Positions 30,430 to 39,741 of a DNA stretch of 64,000 nt are shown here, piece by piece. The position numbers and the translations under genes are program-made. Location: positions 96,001 through 160,000 of the forward strand of contig CAXXTH010000009.1 of NCBI GenBank assembly GCA_963668025.2, written 5' to 3'. Each line of letters begins with the position of its first letter. The first letter of the stretch is position 1. The notes beneath the pieces are model-generated. The model worked only from the letters and a program-made list of their open reading frames with translations. It did not search any database and was not told the DNA's origin. This stretch comes from Candidatus Hydrogenedentota bacterium. GTDB taxonomy: Bacteria; Hydrogenedentota; Hydrogenedentia; Hydrogenedentales; SLHB01.

Positions 30430-31347
30430 TTATGCCTGTTTTTTTGTTCCGTATTCCGACTTGGCGATAAACCAGTCATTGGGACAAACAACTTCGCGAG
30501 GGCCTCGCTGGATATTTTCCGCAAGCGCATCCAGATCTCTGATTACCACGTTTCTGTAGCCCAGGCCGGCAAGTGTGCGCTGGAGGTCTGCTGGGGTATC
30601 GGGATATGGAAACGGGCAGAACAACGGGTGGCCCAGCTTTTCCTCGATTCGCTGGTTCAGGCGGTTAATACGGTTGTTCGGCCAGTAATCAAAAATCACG
30701 GAGCTTCCCGCCGCCAGCTCGAGCGTCTTGGGGTCGAGCAGATGAGCGGTCGTCTCGGAAGCTAGGAAATATACGAGGCCTTCCATGAGCACCAGGACCG
30801 GCACGGATTTTTGAAATCCCATTGCGCATAATCGCCGCAGCAAATCTGGTTGCGCCAAGTCTGCTGGCACTTGCTTGATGTATGAGGGCGCCGCGACCCC
30901 GGCTTGGGATAATACGTGCTGTTTGCATGCAAGTTTGTCGGGGTAATCCACCTCGAATACCTCGACGGAGCCGCCGCCGAACTCTGGCATCGAGATGGAG
31001 CGGGTATCATATCCAGCGCCAAGGATGAGCAATTGGTGATACCGGGAAGCGGCTTCCCGGATTTGTTCAGTGAAATAACGATAGCGCACAAGGTTGAATG
31101 GCGCATAAGAAGGATCGACCGATTCCGCCAGCCCTGCCATGCGTTTGCCTGCATCCGTGACGAAGCAGGCAGCGTATGGATCCACAACGCCGAAAGGCCC
31201 TGCCAGTGCTTCGTTCGCGCGGAGGACTACCAAAGCATCAGCGGTTACTTGGATGCTCATCGGGTCACGCTGGCTGTTCATTTCCATTCCTCCAAGTATG
31301 TAAAACGCGTATCTGTTGCCAAGACGCGCCGGGAGTTTGACATTCAC
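30430..31347 (-). CDS. SAM-dependent methyltransferase (leucine carboxyl methyltransferase-like family)
   Basis: DPYA..F, ILGAGYDTR, FEVDYP, EGLVYF; start possibly 31281. Confidence 0.88.
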   Translation of the reverse strand: MNVKLPARLGNRYAFYILGGMEMNSQRDPMSIQVTADALVVLRANEALAGPFGVVDPYAACFVTDAGKRMAGLAESVDPSYAPFNLVRYRYFTEQIREAASRYHQLLILGAGYDTRSISMPEFGGGSVEVFEVDYPDKLACKQHVLSQAGVAAPSYIKQVPADLAQPDLLRRLCAMGFQKSVPVLVLMEGLVYFLASETTAHLLDPKTLELAAGSSVIFDYWPNNRINRLNQRIEEKLGHPLFCPFPYPDTPADLQRTLAGLGYRNVVIRDLDALAENIQRGPREVVCPNDWFIAKSEYGTKKQA

Positions 31348-31602
31348 GCGAGCTCATCGCGGGAACTCCGGAGTGTGAGCTTCCAAAGCACACGGATAGG
31401 AGTCTCGGGATGGGCGAAATGAAGTCTAAGCCATACAAAGCGGGAGCGCAAGTTGCATGCAGTGTCTCGTGTTCAAAGTGTTTGGGCATATCAAGGGGAA
31501 ATGTGTTTTTGGGCCGAATGGTGGTATGGGTTCATGCAGAATATATAACAATATAGTATCTACGGTGCAGGGCAATTTTTAAGCCTCAACAGTTTCTGTG
31601 TA

Positions 31603-32487
31603 TCAAAAGGAAATCGACGAAAAGATCAGTTCATCGCCATACAATGAGCTGCTGTCTTTCCGATATTGTGATGGGGTCATGTGGAAAAAGGCCTTGAATT
31701 CACGGCTAAAATGATATTGATTGCAAAAACCGACTCGTTCGGCAATCTGGGCGAGCGGTGAGTCATTGAGCACCAAGAGTTTGCAGGCTTCAGATAGGCG
31801 GACTTGTTTCACGTAATCCATGGGCGTGCAGCCCATGTGCTGGTGGAAAAAGACATGGAAGCGCGATGAGGACATGTGAGCTAGTTGAGCAAGTTGTGAT
31901 ACGGATAAAGGTTCTGCAAAATAATCCCGTATATAGGAGAAAACCGATGTCAGACGCCCCGAGTGTTGCAGGATGGTGAGGCTTTTGGGGCGCAGAGGGG
32001 CGATTTCACATAGAATATGCAAGGCGGAAAAGGCCAGCTCATGGCGTCGAGTGAACCAATGCATGGAAAATTCGTTTTTGGGTGGTAGCGAATCTACTAG
32101 TTCTTGAATGATTACGCCAAGCCGTCCCGCCGGTTCGGAGGGGATCCGGAGCGGCAAGTCCATCAGCGACAACAAATCCAATGTATCAAAAAGGGTAAAA
32201 TGTAAATGGAGCCAGCGTGCTCCCATCCAGCCATCATGTGCGGGATCTCCGTGATGGATGAGCCTGAGGCTTCGGTTGGCTGGAGTTAGAAACGCCTCGC
32301 CAGGGCGAATCACCTCGCTACGCCCTTCGCATGTTATCTCATAATAGCCAAAAAGGGCTTGGGCAACAATGGTGGCGGGCACGATTTTCTGAAGCACCCA
32401 CTCGTTAGGAGTTCGCAGGCAACATCCATGCGTGATGTGGTTCAACGTAAGGGCCTCGGGCGGAATCATTGCTGTGATGGATGCCAT
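31603..32487 (-). CDS. AraC-family transcriptional regulator
   Basis: C-terminal double HTH (IAERVGFCNQYHFSREFK..TPSQYR), N-terminal cupin-like domain. Confidence 0.93.
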   Translation of the reverse strand: MASITAMIPPEALTLNHITHGCCLRTPNEWVLQKIVPATIVAQALFGYYEITCEGRSEVIRPGEAFLTPANRSLRLIHHGDPAHDGWMGARWLHLHFTLFDTLDLLSLMDLPLRIPSEPAGRLGVIIQELVDSLPPKNEFSMHWFTRRHELAFSALHILCEIAPLRPKSLTILQHSGRLTSVFSYIRDYFAEPLSVSQLAQLAHMSSSRFHVFFHQHMGCTPMDYVKQVRLSEACKLLVLNDSPLAQIAERVGFCNQYHFSREFKAFFHMTPSQYRKDSSSLYGDELIFSSISF

Positions 32488-32974
32488 GCGGCTACGCCTT
32501 TATGACTAAGATTGCCTATGCCTGGCAAAAGCATATCAAATGAATCCGCATATTAAAAATGTTGCATGTTCCGTTTTCTCTAAGAATGAGGGCGGCGATG
32601 TATTTCGCGCATCATGGCCCGGATTGCTCACTGCGGCAGCCTTACCAGACGGGCAAAATTTTCAGATAAATATTCGCAATTCAAGGACATTCCCATGAAG
32701 ACCAAATGGAGATTACAATATATCCATGAATCAACATGCATACAGCGATTCAACTGGCGATAAATGGTTGATTTTACACTGCGAAGTGAGCACCCGATGC
32801 ACAGGCTGCTCTTCTAACCCCCATCTCCGCAGAGGCGGAGGCAAACGCCAGGAAACGCGGCGCGTGGCAGGGACAACAGGCATGGATAAAGAGCGGCTTC
32901 GAGCCCATACCGGTGAACATGAAGCATCACTTTAGGCGGATGTAGATTCTTCCTAAACGAGAGAGGAGCAAAAC

Positions 32975-35260
32975 ATGGCAAGTAAGGCAAGTGGAATGAA
33001 CCGTCGGGATTTCTTCAAATCCACGGGGGCGGGCGTTGCCCTTGCCGGTGGGTTGTTAGTTACAACTGCATCTGCATCCAGCGCCGCCGAAACCAAGCTT
33101 ATTGACGGAACAAACCGCTATGTGTGGAGTGAGCCATGGCGGCCAGTTTCTCCGAGGCGTCTATCAGAACGGACGCATGAACTCACGCGGCTCGGGGCTT
33201 CGGGAGAACATGGCCGTGCGATGGTAAAAGCCGATTTTAATCTGGACGAAGAGTTAATCAAGAGTCTCACACCTAATCAGCATTATGCGCAGGCGATTCG
33301 CTTGATCGGGGAGAAGGCCCCTTTGCGCATCTTGCCGGGCGAAAAAATCGTCGGCTCCGCCACCTTGCTTGAAGCGACTGCCGCATATACGCCGGTGTAT
33401 AACCAACTAGCTCAAAATCACATGACGCTGGGCTTCGACCATGTGCTCACGATTGGATACAAAGGATTGCGTGAGCAGATCAATGAGCGATTAAGCCGGG
33501 GCGGATTGGACGCCAACGGGACGGACATGCTGCAAGCGATGCTGGTTTGCCTGGAAGGCGCGGAGATCTGGCGGCAGCGGAATATGGAATTACTGGCGAA
33601 ACTGGCTAGTGAATCCACCGGTGAAGATCAAGCCAATTATCTGCGCGTACGGGAAATCTTAGCGCGCGTGCCCGAGAATCCGCCCCAGACGTTCCATGAG
33701 GCGGTGCAATCGTTGTGGTTCATGTTCGCGTTCCAGCGGTTATGCGGCACTTTTTCAGGGATCGGCCGCTTCGACGAAATGTTGGGTGGCTACTTAGAGA
33801 AGGATTTACGCGAAGGGCGGCTAACCCTGGATGAAGCGCGTGAGATCGTGGCCCACTTCTGGATCAAGGGAACGGAATGGGTAGGCTGTTACAAAAATCC
33901 CGGCTCGGGCGATGGCATGTTTTTTCAAAACATCATCCTGGGCGGGATTGATGCCGATGGAAAATCGGTCACCAATGATGTCACCTACCTGGTGCTGGAC
34001 GTGGTCGAGGAGTTGCATATTAGCGATTTCCCGATCGGGGTGCGTGTCAGCGAGCAGACTCCCAAAAATCTGCTTAGGCGTATCGCCGAGGTCGAGCGTT
34101 ATGGCGGCGGGATCATCGCCCTCTACCAAGAAGATGTCGTAATCGATGGATTGGTCAAGATAGGCGTTCCTCTTGCTGATGCGCGGCGCTTCACCAATGA
34201 TGGCTGCTGGGAAGTCCAGGTGCCTGGGAAAACCTGTTTTATCTACTGGCCATTCGACATGCTGACTGTGCTACAGCGTTCGCTGGGCATTGATAATCCA
34301 GACACGCCCGCAGCCGATTTCGCCGACTTCGATGCGCTTTATGCGGCATATCATCAAGAGATGGACCGGCTGCTTACCCGTTTCCATACGGAAGCGGATT
34401 CTTATGCCTCGGGTGTCGGGACGACGCCGCTCGTTTCCATGTTTGTTCAAAACTGCATTGAAAGCGGGCGTGACTATTACGGGCGCGGCGCGCAATATCA
34501 GATGCTCTCGCCGCATGCTGGCGGCATGGCGAACGTCGCCAACAGCTTGCTGGCGATTAAGCGGCTCGTATATGAAGACAAAACGCTCTCTTGGCCCGAG
34601 ATGCTGGCGATTCTGCGTTCGGACTGGAAAGGGCAAGAGCAGTTGCGCCTCCTGGTGTTGAACCGGTTTGAATTTTATGGCAACGACAATGAAGAGTCCG
34701 ATGCGATGATGCAACGGGTATTCAATGATTACACGGATTTAGTCTGGGCCGTACCCGAACGCAATGGAGTTCTGCGGCCAGCAGGCATCAGTACTTTCGG
34801 ACGCGAGTGCTACGCTTTCCTAGACACGGGTTTTTGCGGTTATGATACTCGCCGTGCTACAGCCGACGGGCACCGTGTAGGCGATGTGCTGGCCTGCAAT
34901 TTTTCGCCTTCACCGGGAACCGATCGCAAAGGGCCTTCGGCTGTCCTCAATTCTTACTGCAAAATGGATTTTACTCGCACACCCAATGGAGCTACTTTGG
35001 AACTAAAGCTCCATCCTTCGTCCTTGAAAGGTGAGGAGGGGCTCGATGCTCTGGTGGGGCTCATGCGCGGATTCATTCGCCAGCGCGGCTGGTTCGTCCA
35101 TATCGACGTGGTCGATTCGGCAATTATGGCCGATGCGAAGCTTCACCCGGAAAAATATCCCGACCTGGCGGTGCGCATATCAGGCTGGTCGGCCCGTTTC
35201 GCCTCACTTGACGAAAGATGGCAGAACATGATCATTAATCGTACGCAACAATACGTCTGA
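32975..35260 (+). CDS. Glycyl radical enzyme (PFL-like family) with an N-terminal Tat signal peptide
   Basis: NRRDFFK twin-arginine motif + hydrophobic stretch + ASA; P.TFHEAVQSLWF, GRFD, Cys loop DGCWE, YGNDN..D, SPSPG.D.KGP, Gly loop HPEKYPDLAVRISGWSARF. Confidence 0.92.
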   Translation: MASKASGMNRRDFFKSTGAGVALAGGLLVTTASASSAAETKLIDGTNRYVWSEPWRPVSPRRLSERTHELTRLGASGEHGRAMVKADFNLDEELIKSLTPNQHYAQAIRLIGEKAPLRILPGEKIVGSATLLEATAAYTPVYNQLAQNHMTLGFDHVLTIGYKGLREQINERLSRGGLDANGTDMLQAMLVCLEGAEIWRQRNMELLAKLASESTGEDQANYLRVREILARVPENPPQTFHEAVQSLWFMFAFQRLCGTFSGIGRFDEMLGGYLEKDLREGRLTLDEAREIVAHFWIKGTEWVGCYKNPGSGDGMFFQNIILGGIDADGKSVTNDVTYLVLDVVEELHISDFPIGVRVSEQTPKNLLRRIAEVERYGGGIIALYQEDVVIDGLVKIGVPLADARRFTNDGCWEVQVPGKTCFIYWPFDMLTVLQRSLGIDNPDTPAADFADFDALYAAYHQEMDRLLTRFHTEADSYASGVGTTPLVSMFVQNCIESGRDYYGRGAQYQMLSPHAGGMANVANSLLAIKRLVYEDKTLSWPEMLAILRSDWKGQEQLRLLVLNRFEFYGNDNEESDAMMQRVFNDYTDLVWAVPERNGVLRPAGISTFGRECYAFLDTGFCGYDTRRATADGHRVGDVLACNFSPSPGTDRKGPSAVLNSYCKMDFTRTPNGATLELKLHPSSLKGEEGLDALVGLMRGFIRQRGWFVHIDVVDSAIMADAKLHPEKYPDLAVRISGWSARFASLDERWQNMIINRTQQYV

Positions 35261-35267
35261 GCCTGTC

Positions 35268-36170
35268 GTGGCGCAAGCGCTTGTTTTTCAGATACAACGT
35301 TTTTGCACGCACGACGGTCCGGGCATACGCACGGCAGTTTTCCTTAAGGGATGTCCGCTGCATTGCGCATGGTGCCATAATCCCGAGTCACAGGGATTTG
35401 AGCGGGATTTGTTTTTCACGCCGGTGTTATGCATCGGGTGTGGCGCCTGCGCCGGGGTTTGTCCCCATAATGTGCATCGAATGGAGGATGGCCGCCATGT
35501 GTTGGACCGTAGCCGGTGCCACCGGTGCATGCGTTGTGTCGAGGTTTGCCCGGCCCGAGCCTTGGAGGTTGCGGGCCGGGCGGTGCTCGTTTCGTCGATT
35601 ATCGATGAAGTAGAGCGCGACCGCATTTATTATGAAGAGTCGGGCGGCGGGCTGACCATCACCGGGGGCGAGCCGCTGGCGCATGTGAAATTCACCCAAG
35701 CCTTATTGGAAGAAGCCCGCCGCCGTGGCTTTCACACCTGCATCGAAACGTGTGGATTCGCTCCGCCCGAGCGGATAATGGCCTTGTCCGGGCTGGTCGA
35801 TCTTTTCCTGTGGGACATCAAAGACACGGATCCACAGCGCCACCAGGCAATGACCGATGCGCCACTGGCGCCGATTATGGATAATCTGAGGCGGGTGGAT
35901 GCGGCCGGAGGGCATACATGGCTGCGGTGCGTGCTGGTGGACGGCGTCAATCTAACCGAACCGCATATCGAGGCGCTGGCGGCATTATATAAAAGCTTGA
36001 GCCATTGCCAGGGCATTATATTGCTGCCCTATCATCCCCTGGGTAACTCGAAACTGGAGAGGCTGGGGTTTACTGCGTGCGATGAGGATTTCAGGACGCC
36101 ATCTCCCCAGGCGCTCGAAGCCGCCCGTGCCCGTTTGACTGGGTTAGGCGCTGTGTGCCTTGGCGAATGA
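35268..36170 (+). CDS. Glycyl-radical enzyme activating enzyme (radical SAM with ferredoxin-like insertion)
   Basis: HDGPGIRTAVFLKGCPLHCAWCHNPES; CIGCGAC...C and CHRCMRC...CP; TGGEP. Confidence 0.95.
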   Translation: MAQALVFQIQRFCTHDGPGIRTAVFLKGCPLHCAWCHNPESQGFERDLFFTPVLCIGCGACAGVCPHNVHRMEDGRHVLDRSRCHRCMRCVEVCPARALEVAGRAVLVSSIIDEVERDRIYYEESGGGLTITGGEPLAHVKFTQALLEEARRRGFHTCIETCGFAPPERIMALSGLVDLFLWDIKDTDPQRHQAMTDAPLAPIMDNLRRVDAAGGHTWLRCVLVDGVNLTEPHIEALAALYKSLSHCQGIILLPYHPLGNSKLERLGFTACDEDFRTPSPQALEAARARLTGLGAVCLGE

Positions 36171-36225
36171 GCCATTAATTTGGGTCTTCGCTAGAATCTT
36201 TATAAGCTGATGCATCATTCATTTA

Positions 36226-36286
36226 AAACAGGCTGGACGATGTAGCGGCATTCTCAAGGCCGCTACATCGGAAAGCCAGCCTGTTT
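36226..36286. terminator. Long bidirectional hairpin between convergent genes
   Basis: AAACAGGCTGG..CGATGTAGCGGC-loop-GCCGCTACATCG..CCAGCCTGTTT. Confidence 0.7.
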
Positions 36287-36369
36287 CAAATCTGTATTTA
36301 TTCGGCCTGCTTGTATCCGCGAATCCTCATGAGACCCGAAGTTTTTTAGGCGCAGGCCATCGCCAAGGA

Positions 36370-38979
36370 TTATTCGCCAGTGGCCGCAGCATTCTCCACT
36401 TTTTTATACGTGATCAGGTCAGAGGTGCGCGGCTCGGGTAAATCGAGCACGAGGCGCTTCATCAGTTCCGAGCCTATCATCTGGATTGTCTTTCCCGTCC
36501 GGTCGCTCTTGAGTTCATACATGGATTGCGGTTCAAGCCCTTGAAGGCGGACATCAAGAGTGCCATAAGGCGAATCCTTGCGGCGGAAAACAAGGAGCAT
36601 TCCCTCGCCCAGCTCAGGCCGGTGGTATTGCGAGGCCACCCAGCTTGTATTCAGATGCTCATGATAGGGCGGATAATGCATCCCGCCAAGTTTGGGATCA
36701 GCAGGAAATTTGTCATAATCCCATTCCCACATCTCCGCTTCCGAGGTTTGCTGTCCTGAATACTCGTAGGGGTAGGGAGTCAGCGGATACCATGCCCCCA
36801 CCATAAGGTGGCGCACCTGAAGGTAGCGGTCCGTCAAGGCTTTGGCCCGAGTGGAATCGAAGTCGGGAGCGTCGGCGATCCAGCCTAAGCACAACGAAGC
36901 CGCCAATGCCGAATGGAAGGAGTAATCATCCATATTATTAATATGCGTGGACAATGTATTGTTGGGTAAATACTGGCTGATGGACCACACGCTGGCCTGG
37001 TTAGCCTCATCGTCAAACCAGTAATCCGCCAATTGGTGTATGTCCAGGCGCATGACGGTTCCCAACTCGATCCGGTGGCCGCCGCTGGCGCATTCATCCA
37101 TGAAGCAATCAGGCCAGGCTGCCCGAATACGGTCCCAATAGGCATACATGCCTTCGACATACCGGATCTCGGTGATCCCTTGCCGGTTGGGGTCCGTATC
37201 GCCAATGTGCCAATAGGGCAGCGGGTCCATGTTGAAATCCTGGCGGTAGACGCGGAAACCCGGCAGATCCATGAAGCCTTTGACGATGTTAAAGAAGTAG
37301 TCTTGCACTTCTTTCATGCCAAAATTGGCCAGGCAGGTGGTGTTGTTGGGATCATCAGGGAACAGCAGCCAGTCGGGATGATTTTGATGCAATGAAGTTC
37401 CCTTAATCACCCGTTCGGGTTCAAACCACAGGCCGTAGATCATTCCGTTTTCCTTGGCTGCCGCGGCCACTGGCCCCATGCCGTTGGGATAGGCATCTTT
37501 GCGTGGATCCCAGTTGCCAGCGCCCGCTGGCCAGCCGCCGGTGAACCAGCCCGCATCGGTGAATATGGCCTCCAGGCCCAGCGGGGCATAGGCCTTTATC
37601 AACGATATTTGATTTTGCTCGTTGCATTCATTAAGCCAGCCGCCGCCACGGGTGAATGCGGTGTTGCAAAAGAGCGTGGGCAGTGGGGCTTTGCCGGTGC
37701 GGCTCACCGCATAATGTTTATAGATGAGCTGGCGGAAACGGGCGTGGGCTTCGTTAACCGTTGCTTCGTTCAGGACGAGCACGCGCGGCTGGCGCACCTT
37801 TTCACCGGAGTGCAGCAGGAAATGGGTCTTTTGCATGCCAGCGCGGGCGTGTAAATTACCTTCCTGATTGGAGAACTCTCCCTGCCACGTGCCGGACCAT
37901 TCCAAGGTGAACACAAAGGTTCCCTCGCCCGTTTCTAAACGGAAGAACGGCGCGTTCGAGGAGGAGGTGCGGCCGGAGAACGAACCGATGGTTTCGGTCA
38001 CGCCATCATGAAGATTGACGGTGTTCGGCTGTAACAAGGTCGGATGCGGCACGCCGCCACGCAGTTTCTGCAGGCGGTAAGGAATCGAGCCAGGCATGGT
38101 GTGGTTCCAGTTGAGGTCCAGCGATTGAATATCTTCTAGAATGGCGGTGTCTTGCTGGCCCGTGTTTTCAAAGTACAGAATCCAGTCCACCGCCGGGAAA
38201 TCTTTATAGTAAATGGATTCCCAGGCCACTTTGAGCTTGGTCTCCGGATCTTTCCAGGTTAGAGTTTTTTTGAAGCGGTCTTGATCCAACTCGCTCGATT
38301 TCTCCTCACAAGGCCACGCCTTCAGTAGTTCCCGGCTTGGCTTGCCGCCGTATGTAAATGAAAACGGAAAACCTGAGGGCAACACCTCTTTTTTCAGGGG
38401 CATCTGATCGAGCATTTTTATCGTCCCTTTTTCCGTGATGATGGCGGCGTCCGCCCAATCCGCATGATCGCAACCGATGCCATCTCCCCCGTCGAAGGCC
38501 ACCAAATCAAACTGCTTGGCTCCTCCTATCGCCACTTCAATGTGCTGTGGCTCCGAGTCATAACGAAACAAGTTGGAGCGATATACCTCGCGTTCATCAA
38601 CCACAACGGAGAAAATTATTGAAGCGCCCGTGGCCTGTGGATTTTGATCTACGCCAATCCAGGCGGAAAACGTCTTGACTGGTTCGGGCGAGTTTACGCG
38701 GATATGGCTGTTGGCATGTGCGCCTAAGCCATGGGCAAATTCTTTTTGGCCGAGCTTCATCGGCGTTTGAACCGCGGACTGGCCAAACTGTAATTCACAA
38801 GCATCCTGCTTGAGCAAATTAAGAACAAAATCGGTAGGTTCTGGAATGGAGTCCGCCCCTTTGGCCAGTGACTCTTGCCAAGGAGTCAAGCCTTGCGCCT
38901 CGCTCGGTTTACTCCCAAACGCGAAAACCAGCGCGAGAATAGCAAGCGTTATTCTTAATCGTTGCATCTTCTTTTTCAT
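36370..38979 (-). CDS. Secreted GH36 alpha-galactosidase-like hydrolase with NPCBM domain
   Basis: Sec signal; NPCBM (GLGAHANS, GDGIGCDHADWADA); DAGWF, GLWFEPE, RQDFN, CASGGHR. Confidence 0.85.
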   Translation of the reverse strand: MKKKMQRLRITLAILALVFAFGSKPSEAQGLTPWQESLAKGADSIPEPTDFVLNLLKQDACELQFGQSAVQTPMKLGQKEFAHGLGAHANSHIRVNSPEPVKTFSAWIGVDQNPQATGASIIFSVVVDEREVYRSNLFRYDSEPQHIEVAIGGAKQFDLVAFDGGDGIGCDHADWADAAIITEKGTIKMLDQMPLKKEVLPSGFPFSFTYGGKPSRELLKAWPCEEKSSELDQDRFKKTLTWKDPETKLKVAWESIYYKDFPAVDWILYFENTGQQDTAILEDIQSLDLNWNHTMPGSIPYRLQKLRGGVPHPTLLQPNTVNLHDGVTETIGSFSGRTSSSNAPFFRLETGEGTFVFTLEWSGTWQGEFSNQEGNLHARAGMQKTHFLLHSGEKVRQPRVLVLNEATVNEAHARFRQLIYKHYAVSRTGKAPLPTLFCNTAFTRGGGWLNECNEQNQISLIKAYAPLGLEAIFTDAGWFTGGWPAGAGNWDPRKDAYPNGMGPVAAAAKENGMIYGLWFEPERVIKGTSLHQNHPDWLLFPDDPNNTTCLANFGMKEVQDYFFNIVKGFMDLPGFRVYRQDFNMDPLPYWHIGDTDPNRQGITEIRYVEGMYAYWDRIRAAWPDCFMDECASGGHRIELGTVMRLDIHQLADYWFDDEANQASVWSISQYLPNNTLSTHINNMDDYSFHSALAASLCLGWIADAPDFDSTRAKALTDRYLQVRHLMVGAWYPLTPYPYEYSGQQTSEAEMWEWDYDKFPADPKLGGMHYPPYHEHLNTSWVASQYHRPELGEGMLLVFRRKDSPYGTLDVRLQGLEPQSMYELKSDRTGKTIQMIGSELMKRLVLDLPEPRTSDLITYKKVENAAATGE

Positions 38980-39236
38980 ATATCTACTCCCCTTTGAACT
39001 GAGAAAGCTTTTTTACAGTTATCAAGCATTTATAGGATCCATTGGGTTTGATTTTGTGTGCAGATGCAGTTCGCAGATTGATGAGTATGGTTTAGGTTTT
39101 TGTGTGGACCCTCCCCTATTATGTATACCGAGTATACTTTAGCGTAATTCAAAACGGTTGTATGATTCAACAAAGTGCGAAATCTTGATATCTGATTCTT
39201 GGCGCTACGATCAGCAAATTCTCGTGGAGATCCGGT

Positions 39237-39710
39237 TCATGCCGTTTGTTTTTGTAGCGCGCCGTTGAATTTTACAATGACCTTCTTGATTTCCCGTGGA
39301 TGCCCGGATGGCGTTATCGCCGGTAGATGAATCTCGCCTGGAAAGAAGACGATGAAGAAGCCTGGATGTAGTGTAATAAGATCCCCATCTCCATCCAGAT
39401 GGCATATGTCTTTTTCTTTATTATATTCGCTGCTATGCGTCATCAGGGCGGCATGGGAGAATCCTATTTTCTCTTGCCCTTCCGCCAGGAAATGCACATC
39501 CGCATATTTTTGATGCGCTTCCCATTGCGCCTCTTCCGGCAGGCGGCTTTGCATGCGGCGCACTTTCACAAACACGTTGCCGCCATCCAGGGCATAATCG
39601 CCATGCTCAACGGTGGTGAAATCAGTCTGCTTCAGATATTCCAGCGCATGGCGGATTCCATCCCCCAGTGCGTAATATTTTTGGGCATTATCGATATGAT
39701 CGATGATCAT
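39237..39710 (-). CDS. YhcH/YjgK/YiaL (NanQ-like) family protein
   Basis: MIID, WEAHQKYADVH, FFPGEIHLP, KKVIVK. Confidence 0.9.
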   Translation of the reverse strand: MIIDHIDNAQKYYALGDGIRHALEYLKQTDFTTVEHGDYALDGGNVFVKVRRMQSRLPEEAQWEAHQKYADVHFLAEGQEKIGFSHAALMTHSSEYNKEKDICHLDGDGDLITLHPGFFIVFFPGEIHLPAITPSGHPREIKKVIVKFNGALQKQTA

Positions 39711-39741
39711 GCTGGTTTCCTTTTCTAGGTGCTCGCAACGC

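Noticed and set aside
32726-32935. 69-aa ORF upstream of the GRE as a leader peptide or small subunit
   Set aside because: No recognisable motif or convincing SD; it lies in the divergent promoter region.
32975-36170. GRE as pyruvate formate-lyase or as part of a microcompartment (GRM) locus
   Set aside because: It has a single Cys (no CC), a long ferredoxin-containing activase and no BMC shell genes nearby.
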